DNA of 64,000 nt from Eledone cirrhosa (lineage: Eukaryota). Location of the stretch: assembly GCA_964016885.1 (NCBI GenBank), contig OZ024743.1:23374001-23438000 (forward strand), read 5' to 3'. Each line of letters starts with the position of its first letter. Within the stretch, counting starts at the first letter, position 1. Under the pieces are notes generated by a model, which did not search any database, had not been told where the DNA came from, and saw only the letters and a program-made list of their open reading frames with translations. Positions 54,031 to 64,000 of this stretch are shown in pieces. Both the position numbers and the translations under genes were made by a program.

Positions 54031-54432
54031 TGTGATGATGGTAAGAATGATAATGATGTGGAGAACATCGTGGTTGAAGTGGGTGGTGATGATGACAAAG
54101 ATGATGATTTTAGTAATGGTGGTGATGGTAATGATGAGGAAATGTAGGAGGAGATAAGGATGGTGATAGAAAGGTGGAAAACAAAAAGGAGAATGACGAT
54201 GGCCATAGGGATGGTGACGATGATGGTGTTGGTAGCAATTGCTGTGATATCAGTAGTGATGATGATGATGTGTGATGTGCTTAAAAACGGTCAACCTTTC
54301 GGACATTTAAAGTAACTATAGAAACTTATATAATTGCCTATGAATTACTTTTGGAATAAAGTTTGGTATCACAATGTTTGTTTGTTTGTTTATATATATA
54401 TATACATATATATATATACATATATATATATA

Positions 54433-54775
54433 TCATCATTTCATTTTTCATTTCATTTTACGTCCGCTTTTCCCTGCTTGCAAGGGTGGGACAGGAACTG
54501 ATTCTGGCTTGATTTCTACAGCTGGATGCCCTTCCTAACACCAACCTCAGTTACAGTGAGTGCTGAGTGCTTTTTTGCCGTGGCGCCTCCACGACCACTT
54601 TGCAGTGGAATGATAGGGACCACAGTCCCTATCATCTCATTTCTACAGCTGAGTAAACTGTATAATACGTCCTGAATGAGCAAGACATGGTCACCTGACC
54701 TAGCATTGCCCACATCAGGACAACTTGTCTAACCCATGCTTGCATAGAAAATGGACATAAAACAATGATGATGAT
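54433..54775. mobile_element. Two RTE 3'-end fragments in opposite orientation
   Basis: 54433-54610 (minus) and 54680-54775 (plus) match 2850-3120. Confidence 0.6.
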
Positions 54776-54802
54776 ATATATATATAAACAAACAAACAAA
54801 CA

Positions 54803-54884
<82 letters not shown>

Positions 54885-55054
54885 TTTATCCCGGGTTCAA
54901 TCGGGGTAACCACAGTAAGTAAGGTACTCAATACATAGCAGAGTATAAATATTTAATATAGAAATGGCTTCTACAGGACTAGAAATCATCGGGGCTTCCT
55001 GATGATTTCTCCTGAATGAAACAATTCTAGTCATGTAGAAGTCATTTCTATATT

Positions 55055-55112
<58 letters not shown>

Positions 55113-55247
55113 GTTAAACAATGTTCAATGAATAAATCAAAGAATGAGTTTTAAAATAGATTAGAAGCACTCAACAAGAATGGTTTTCGAGAGTTATTAA
55201 TATTAATTCAAAATATTAACAAAAATAGACATTCGTGTGATCAAGTA

Positions 55248-55314
55248 TATTTTATTATACATATTTCAGAGGTACTGAGCTATCTTCAACAGTACGTCCT
55301 CATCAGATAAAATA
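55248..55314 (-). ncRNA. Type I HHR in the 3' pseudo-LTR of the minus-strand PLE
   Basis: TATTTTAT CTGATGA GGACGTACTG..CAGTACCTCT GAAA TATGTA TA ATAAAATA. Confidence 0.7.
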
Positions 55315-56162
55315 AGATGATGCATGACATACCCTGACTTAGTAGATGGTTAAGAGTCAGTCATGGTAGTGAATAAGATATGACAAAACTCAATATTTAT
55401 ATACGTTAAGATTGAGACATGAAAAAACTTACATATAATACAGAGGGTGCCTGTGAGAAAGCTTAAAAATACTATATTAATTTACATAACTGTTAGAGAT
55501 TCAAATAATTTACATTATTGAAGAAAGAAGAAAGAAAACAGAAAGACAGAGAGAAACAGATGAGGAAAAAATATAGTTACTAGAAGTATAGAAAACAAAA
55601 GAGAATTGCTCAAGGATAGAGAGACAAGGAGGAAAAAAATGTTTATAATATAAAGCATAAGGAGGGAGATTTGTATCGTCGTGGATGAATAGGGTGTGAT
55701 TAGATTATGCTATACATATATATATATATATATATATAAATATGAATATACATTTGGGCATAGCTTTGTGAAAGAGTAAACTCGAATCTTTGAATTATCT
55801 AGAAGTATCCATCAATCTAAATATTAAATATATCTGGGTGTAATAATATGAGGATTTAATTTCGAGTCCTTAGTTAATTAGAAATATACTAACAATTAAT
55901 TATATACACTATATATATCCAAACGTATCCGGCTGACCGTTAAATTTCGAATCATTTATGTTAGTTCAGAATAATGAATTAATCTAAAGGTATAATATTT
56001 CAGTCTATAAAATTTATAAATATCTATATAAATATTAAAGTATACAATCATATTTAATTTATAAAATCATATTTAAAGTATTTGCAAACATGAGAAAGGA
56101 GAGACTTAATATTTTCATCCTCACAAAGGTAATCCATATCAAATTATATTATTTTATATTAT

Positions 56163-56356
56163 AGGGCGGTGGATTGGCAGTATTGGGAGAGGGTCGGACG
56201 CCATGCTTTGACGTATAGAATTACGGCCCTTGCCATTCTGAGTTCAAATACCGCTGAGGTTAACTTTGCCTTTCATCCTTACGGGGTCGATAAAATAAAG
56301 TACCAGTAATGCACTGGTTAATTGCTGGCCTTGTGCCTAACGTAGAAACAATTATT
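56163..56356 (+). mobile_element. SINE (full-length-like) interrupting a diverged tandem unit of about 600 bp
   Basis: GGCGGTGGATTGGCAG..GAGTTCAAATACC..GCCTTGTGCCTAACGTAGAAACAATT. Flanks at 56070 and 56400 match 56856 onward. Confidence 0.8.
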
Positions 56357-57589
56357 TTATATTATATTAAAAAAAAAAAAAAATTTATATTAAAATAATA
56401 ATTCTTACTATATAATTTAGAAAATAATTACAATTATAACTTTAAAAATTAAAAATTAACAATTAGAATGCCCTAAAGTATCTAAAGGCCTTATAATTAG
56501 ACTTAAAAAGGGGTATTATTAAATTAGATCTACGCATTTGTCTAAATATATACGAAGAGTATATTGTCTAAAGTTCAAGACGATATTAGTCATTTATACA
56601 CAATATAATATAATATAATTAATAAGTTACTGTTAATATTGTTAAAATTAAAGTTTTAGATCAATTATTATATTAGAATCATGTAATACATATATACTAT
56701 AAATATACAAATCAAACTTCATGAATCATAAGGATAAGAACCAGATTTTAAAAAAAAAAGTAAATTGTTTGCGATCTTAAAAGTGCCAATTATCTAAGCT
56801 ATATAGTTTAAAAATACAAGAAAATTTTTAAGGATCTATATTGTAGTATAATATGATATTTAAAGTGTCTGCAAACATGAGAAAGAGAAAACTTAAGATT
56901 TTCATCGACCCGAAGGTAACCCGAATTAAATTAAATTAAAAAATAATAATCGTTATATAATTTAGAAGATATTTAACAATTATAACACTAGAATGTCCTT
57001 ACGTATCTAAAGTACTTATAAATGTAGCTCGAAGCATATTATTAAACTAGATATATACATTTGTCCAAATATATACAGAGTATTCTGTTCGGAACTCAAG
57101 ACGATATTAGTGATCCATATACATATAATAAATAATAAATACAATCATTATTAGTAAAGTTATAATTGAAGTTTTACATCAAGTTAAGTGGAAAAAGTTT
57201 GTCAACTAGGATCGTGTGCGACGCATATACCATAAATAAATATAAATATATAAATCAAACATCCTGAAACTTAAAACTAAGATACTCCAAAAGAATAAAT
57301 ACATAAATGCATGAATGGTTTACGGTTCATTATAACTGTTAGCCATATAAGCTATATATTTAAAAAAATACAAGAATTCCAGTCAAAATAAATGTATCTA
57401 CACAATCTAACGATATGCATATTCATCAAGAGATCATGTTAACAATCTATATGTTTATATATTTATATAGAACCCTTAATCTAAATTTAATCATATCATA
57501 AATGAATAAAAAATTATTATAAGGTTTTATAATCTGTTATAACATTTTACGCACTTAGTTGATAAGAGACGTCAAAAATTAGAATCTAT

Positions 57590-58050
57590 TTATTTAGTGT
57601 TTTTTCCTGACTTTTTGCGAGGCTAGGAATGTAGAGGAAGCTTTATAAAGGCAATTTGAGAATAATTCACTTTTTTTGTTAATTAAATTTTCATAATTAG
57701 TAATTATTAATAGGGTCTCCATAGTACAGGGATTGCAGTTAGGTGATATTGAAGAATTCAAGTAGATTCGACTATTACACATCTTCGACCAAGAAATCGA
57801 GTATTTTAAATGTTTGTCTTTTAACGACCATATAAGTTGTGATAAAGAAGTCGAAGATTTCCTATTAGGATTCGAAAAAGAGTATTTGTGATTCTAAAAT
57901 CTTGATTTAAATGTCGATGAAGTTGCACCAATATAGTTGTAGGTGATGTTATTTGCTTTTATAGACCAGATTGCTATCCAGACAATTATTTTGCAGAGAG
58001 CAATTTGATCTATTTCTACAATTACATTTCGATTTATTGTTATTACGATA
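57590..58050 (-). pseudogene. PLE GIY-YIG fragment (Nematis-like)
   Basis: CNCRNRSNCSLQNNC..LVY..YIGATSSTFKSRF*NH..SQLIWSLKDK..CNPC..INKKSELFSNC. Confidence 0.75.
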
Positions 58051-58590
58051 AGTTATTACTATAAGTTCATAATTCATTCAACCTTTTCTTCATTCACCTT
58101 ATCTCCTTAATATTTTTTTATTTTAATAATACATTTTAATAAATTCCTTTTCGCACATATTATTAAATCCTTCAATATATAAACCTTAAATAAATATTAT
58201 TCTTAATTCCTTGTTCTTTAATCATAAACATCACCATTCATAAACCTCATTAACTTTTAATTTCAAATTTTTTTTTTAATTATGTATTATCTTACAACGG
58301 TTTTTTTTTTTATTTCTCTCTGTGAGACAGTGTTTCTCAGTATTAAAGGTTATCTCTCTCTCTCACTCATTTCTCCTCCTCTCTCATCCTTCCTTCTTAT
58401 ACTCCTCCTCCGTCATCCTTTCCTTATTATTTTTTTTTTAATTATTATTTTCTTTCTTCCTCTTCCTTACCTTTTCCTTCCCCCTACCTTCTTTTTTCCC
58501 AATCTCATATATCCATCTTATCTTTTTTTCATATGTTGATTTAACACTTCACTGCTCGCAAGTGTTTTTAAGCCTCATATCATGTCTCCC

Positions 58591-58661
58591 TATTTTATCT
58601 GATGAGAACGCAAATATCATCCCATGATGATATTTGTTTTCGAAATGCGCATAATAAAATA
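58591..58661 (+). ncRNA. Type I HHR in the 5' pseudo-LTR
   Basis: TATTTTAT CTGATGA GAAC GCAAATATCAT ccc ATGATGATATTTGT TTTC GAAA TGCGCA TA ATAAAATA. Palindromic stem III. Confidence 0.85.
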
Positions 58662-61600
58662 CATGGAACTCTTTTAACCATCTTTTGATCTTATATTATT
58701 TATACTCCAGTCCTATAAACTGTTGAGTGCTACTTATCCGATATTTGCATTGCTTTATTGTGCTACAATAAAACTCACCACCTACATTAACTTGCTCCTT
58801 GACTGTTTGAGCGCTAACTCTTATATCGGATACCTTTGATGGTCTCTAATTTTTCTTCTATAACATGGATTATTACAACATAACAACTTCGCTTAAAGAC
58901 ATTCCTATACCTGGTAAATCTGAATTCACTAAACTTCTGATTGAAAAAACTGACTCTTTTGTGAGAAGGCTTGGATGGATCGCTTTTTTCCACGACCAGC
59001 GCTTAAAAGGAAATTTTTATACTAAGGAACGTAACAATATTGATCATTTATGTAACTCTAGAAGAAATCCTCCTTTCAATAAAAATCTAGCACAGTTTGA
59101 GGAAGTATTAACTAATATTATAAGAGGACTTAAATTCAAGAGAAACCCTTATAGAGGACAGGAGCACCTTATAAATCTCAGGAATACGATTTCGGACCTT
59201 AATTCCTCTAAAAAAGTCTTAGTCCATTCCGACAAAACTAATAATTTATATGGTGTATCTAAAGATAAATATAATAACCTTATCCTTAAGGAACTAAGGA
59301 AGAATTATCGTAAAACTAACCATGAGAATCTGGAATCTATAAACTTGGAAACTTCTGAGATTATGTCTAAACTTGGTATCGAGAAAAAGACCGAACCATT
59401 CTTCCCAAGAACTCCGAGGATAAATCTTAAGGATCACAAAAGTAACTTTCGAACGGAATTGCCTGTTAGACTAATCGTCCCCTCTAAATCAGATCTGGGG
59501 GTTGTTAGTAAATCCATCTTGGATAGAATTATCCCACAGGTTCGTTCTAATTGCTCTATTTCTAACTTAAATTTATGGATTGGTACATCTGATGTAATTA
59601 ACTGGTTCAATAACCTGAATAATAAAAACAAACAAAAATTTATTCAGTTTCACATTGCCAATTACTATTCTTCTATTTCGCCTTTACTCCTCAACAGCGC
59701 TCTATCTTTCGCATTTAAATATTCTGACATTACCACAGATGAACTTTACATCATTCTCATCGCAAGAAAAACTATCCTGGAATTCAACAACGAATATTGG
59801 ACTAGAGCTGATACTTCCAACAATTTTGATATCACAATGGGTTCGTCGGATTCAGCGCAATTGAGGGACTTGATTGGTATCTTTATTTTGAATTCTTTAA
59901 ATCGGAAAATTCCTTAACTTCGCGGTGGATTTTATCGTGACGATGCCCTTTTTACTGTCTTAAACTGTAACTTAGTTAACCTAAATATTATTAAGAATAA
60001 TATATTTGATCTATTTAAGCACCATAACCTAAAAATTGAATTTGAAAACAACATCAAACTAGCTAACTTCCTTGATATATCCCTTAATCTTGACACCGGC
60101 CTATATTCCCCTTACCATAGAGACAATGAGAATCTAAATTATGTTAATTTTAAATCTAACCAGCCCATTAACGTTAAAAATGCTATAGTCAGTAATGTTG
60201 AAAAAATAATCTCAAATCTATCCTCTAATAAAGTTATCTTCGACGCTAAAGCCAATTATTATAATAATGCGCTTTCCAAAGCCGGTTATCCTGACAAAAT
60301 TAAATAAAGTAAAGAAACCAATCATCGAGGGACTTATAGTAAAATAGTTAGTTATGAACATTCCAATAACTTAAAGAAAAGACCTAGATACAAAAATATG
60401 ATTTGGTACAACGCTCCTTTTTCTCTATCTATTACTAGTAATATTCCTAAACTATTTTTAGGGCCTTAGATAAATGCTTCCCTCCCTCGCATATCTATAG
60501 TAAGATCTTTAACAAACATACAATTAAATTCTCTTATTCCACCACTTCCAACATCTCTAACATTATCTCTAAAGATAATAATAAAATATTAAATAATAAA
60601 TTATATCCATCCAACACTGAGCGTCATAATAATAGCAATAGTAAACCCGCCGTCAATGTTAACTCTAGGCTAGATTCCTTAAATTTAAATACGACGTCAA
60701 ACGTAACTTTGTCGAATGTTCATAACACCAATCTAAATCAGGAAACTTTAGCACCTATCGTAAATAACTTCTTCAATATCCAATTCCTTCTATAAATAAT
60801 ACTAGGTCACTTGTTAAAAACTCTGGTAATTTCTCTAATCGTAATTGTAATTGCCCTGTTAGAACTAAATGTCCTCTTAGTAACCAATGTCTTGATAAAA
60901 ATTTAGTGTATGAATGTAAGGTTATAACTGGTACTAATTCTTTTACCTATTTTGGTTCCACTTCCACTTCCTTTAAAGCAAGATTTTATAATCACAATTC
61001 GTCTTTTAAATACCAACTTAAAAGAACTAACACGGCACTCTCAGAACTCATATGGTCCTTAAAGGACAAAAATATTAACTTGGAGGAAGGTTTGCAACGC
61101 CTCTCCTTACCGCAATTCTTCCCTATCCAGAACATGTAATCTCTACCTAGCCGAAAAATTTACCATTATCTATAATTTTAATTCTATAATAAATAGACGT
61201 ACGGATTTATTTTCGATCTGCTTGCATAAACCCCATAGAACTTTCCATAAAGTATGCAGCTAATATCTTACTACCTAATTAGTTTAAAATCTTTTCTCAA
61301 ACGCTTTTATATCGTTTACAAATATACCCATCTTTCTACCTTATTTCAGTATATTATATTATACAATTTACTCATTCTATGTCGTTAGCGGTCCCCTATT
61401 TTTCTTCTTTTTTATCCTTTTTTCTTTTTTAATTTCAAATTTTTTTTTTAAATTATGTATTATCTTACAACGGTTTTTTTTTTATTTCACTCTGTGAAAC
61501 AGTGTTTCTCAGTATTAAAGGTTATCTCTCTCTCTCTCACACTCATTTCTCCTCCTCTCTCATCCTTCCTTCTTATACTCCTCCTCCGTCATCCTTTCCT

Positions 61601-61784
61601 TATTATTTTTTTTTTTTATTATTATTTTCTTTCTTCCTCTTCCTTACCTTTTCCTTCCCCTACCTTCTTTTTTCCCAATATCATATATCCATAATATCAT
61701 ATATCCATATTATCTTATTTTTCATATGTTGAATTAACACTTCACTGCTCGCAAGTGTTTTTTAAGCTTCATATCATGTCTCCC

Positions 61785-61855
61785 TATTTTATCTGATGAG
61801 AACGCAAATATCATCCCATGATGATATTTGTTTTTGAAATGCGCATAATAAAATA
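61785..61855 (+). ncRNA. Type I HHR in the 3' pseudo-LTR
   Basis: Same as 58591-58661 with C11.1 changed to T. Confidence 0.8.
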
Positions 61856-61942
61856 CATGGAACTCTTTTAACCATCTTTTAATCTTATATTATATATGTA
61901 TATGTATATATATATATATGTGTGTGTGTGGGGGGGGGGGGG

Positions 61943-61981
<39 letters not shown>

Positions 61982-62238
61982 ACTTATGCGTATGTGTGTA
62001 TGTAACTTTATAGTTTTTATATTTATGTTTTTATCTTTAAGAAATTTGTATACTATATGTGTGTATGTGGTTGTATGCATTTATGTGTGCGTGTATATGT
62101 ATTTGTATGTATATTCTCTTTTGTGTCTGTGCTCTGTTTATATGTATGTAGTGTGCTTGTATATTTATATGTATGCGTATGTGTGTGTGTATATGTGTGT
62201 GTGTATATGTATATATATGTGTGTATGTATGTACACAC

Positions 62239-62304
<66 letters not shown>

Positions 62305-62587
62305 ATATGTGTTGGTGTATTTATGTATGGATATATATATGTGTATATGTATGTGTGTGTATATGTGTCTCTGTGTAAATATATGTGTATATATGCGTGT
62401 ATATATGTGTATATATATGTATATATGTGTGTATATGTGAGTGTGTGTGCGTGTGTATGTGTACGTGTGTGTTGTTATATATTCTTATTTATTATTCTTC
62501 CCCCTACCCCTTTTTTTTCTCCAGCCTCACTTTCATATCCGTTATATTTTTGTTTTTCAAATCCAGTCAATAAAGACACCAGCATTT

Positions 62588-62647
62588 TTTCATTCTGATA
62601 AATGAAAGGAATTTTGGTTGCTTTCAAGAAACCACTGGTAAATGAAA
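62588..62647 (+). ncRNA. Degenerate HHR
   Basis: TTTCATT CTGATAA ATGAAAG..CTTTCAA GAAA CCACTGG TA AATGAAA. G8 changed to A without a C3 change. Confidence 0.5.
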
Positions 62648-62738
62648 TAATTATCTTCTGTTGTTTATTACATAACTAATAAGCTCTGTAACCTACATAG
62701 AGCACACTTTTTTCCTGAACCTTTCCGACGGATCACTT

Positions 62739-62837
<99 letters not shown>

Positions 62838-63036
62838 ATACTTGGGGAGGGTCATATTTGTGTAATATTGCCAGAATTAATAACAGAACACACTCACTGT
62901 TTGGTTGGTTTTCGCTTTTCGCTTCTGTGTCTTTTATATCGGTAATCTAATTTATTCGGTCCTCAATGTTGCCATTGACTGACCAACGGTCAAAAATAAT
63001 ACAGATACAATATAGACACAAACGCATATATAGTTT

Positions 63037-63078
63037 ATCAAAGTTCTTTCGTTGCACATCTGCAACATCGTCAGTGGT
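63037..63078 (-). ncRNA. Degenerate HHR downstream of the PLE ORF
   Basis: ACCA CTGACGA TGTTGCA gatg TGCAAC GAAA GAAC TT TGAT. Confidence 0.55.
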
Positions 63079-63370
63079 GCTATTGTTTCCTCCCGTTACA
63101 TTGTATGTCTACGCCATCTTTATTTAGTCTGTTTATATATTTATTTATTTATTTGTTTGTTTGTTTATTTTATTTTATTTTGTCTTCTTTGTGCATGCGT
63201 TTGCGTGTGTGTATAGTGTTTTGTTTGATGTGTGTTCGTGATTGGGTGACTGTGTATTGGTTAATGTATTCTATCTTTACTAGTGTGTGTTTATATGTGT
63301 TTGTTGTTATTGTGCTTGTGTATGTATTTATTTATTTATTTATCTATTTATTTATTTATTTATACTTCTC

Positions 63371-64000
63371 TTAGATCAGTGTTGTTTGTTTGGGTGTTGT
63401 TGTTATTCCATTCTTTCTGTTTAGTCTTGGCCTTCTAAGTTCTATTTCACTGGCCTCTCTGATTTGCCTATCTGCTGGGTCATTTCTATGTTTAGATATT
63501 ATTCTAATTTCTGTGTTGTCTATGTTATCGTCGTGTTGTTGTCTGGCATGTTCGTATAGTACTGACCCGTTTTTTCGTCCTTTTAGTTCCCCCCAGTGTT
63601 GGTCTATCCTTTCACCTATGCTACGAGCTGTCTCGCCTATGTATGTTGTTGTCATGTTTCTGCAAGTACCCTCTGTACATCTTATGCTATAGACTACGTT
63701 TCTAGTTTTACAGTTTATCCGGGGGTTTGTTTACCTTACATATGATACATTTCTTATTAGTACAGTGGGTTTTCTTAAAAGGGTAGGTTTTGCTGATCAG
63801 GGATTTTATGGTGGTTCCTGGCTTTTCTGCCACCTTAATCTTTAAGTGGGTCTTTCTCGGGGCCTTTCTACACTGGTTAGCTAATTTCCCTCCAGGGGTA
63901 GCGTCCACAAACATGACACTCTGGTATCTCTGTTTGTCGTACAATGAGGTGGCTTTCCCTATCTTATGTCTAGCCCTATCTAAGCTATTCCATGATTTGC
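63371..64000 (-). pseudogene. PLE 3' end (Cys linker and GIY-YIG); continues beyond the window
   Basis: FVDATPGGKLA..CTNKKCIIC..NVVYSIRC..YIGETARSIGERIDQH..LNRK. Confidence 0.8.

Larger units (their letters stand above)
58257..61893 (+). mobile_element. Full-length decayed Penelope-like element (Nematis-like) with direct pseudo-LTRs
   Basis: Direct repeats at 58257-58703 and 61430-61893. ORF from 58865: SDKTNNLY, LKDHK..PVRLI, FDITMGSSD, FYRDDA (about 59930), WYNAPFS, CNCPVRTKCPL, VY..YFG. Motif-A Asp is replaced by His; several stops. Confidence 0.92.

Noticed and set aside
52876-54157. Poly-Gly and poly-Val ORFs on the plus strand
   Set aside because: By-products of a stop-free GGT repeat; non-ATG starts; antisense to the host gene.
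61868-62598. Multiple ORFs rich in Y/I/C/V/H/T
   Set aside because: Translations of (AT)/(GT) microsatellite-like sequence; the same applies to similar ORFs across the window.

Overview
AT-rich eukaryotic (animal) DNA dominated by (AT)n/(AG)n/(AC)n microsatellites and nested retroelements. The SINE families and the one host gene point to a mollusc, most likely an octopod cephalopod (inference). It contains: a full-length but decayed CsRn1-type Ty3/Gypsy LTR element (10169-16008); R4/Dong-type, Tx1/L1-like, RTE and CRE-like LINE fragments; at least six Penelope-like element (PLE) remnants with RT and/or C-terminal GIY-YIG domains; a 107-bp satellite with a 6-unit higher-order repeat; and the 3' part of a minus-strand, multi-exon mucin-like membrane protein gene (46749-52821). 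The strongest unexplained signal is about two dozen type I hammerhead ribozyme (HHR) motifs, intact or decayed, found by eye. Some lie in PLE pseudo-LTRs. Others define four unrelated non-coding, HHR-delimited repeat units (707, 1545, 467 and 460 nt) that look like retrozymes, mostly beside (AT)n tracts and often as inverted insertions. HHR variants with a U3-A8 core swap or long stem II inserts are also present. All folds and alignments were done manually; no database searches were run.
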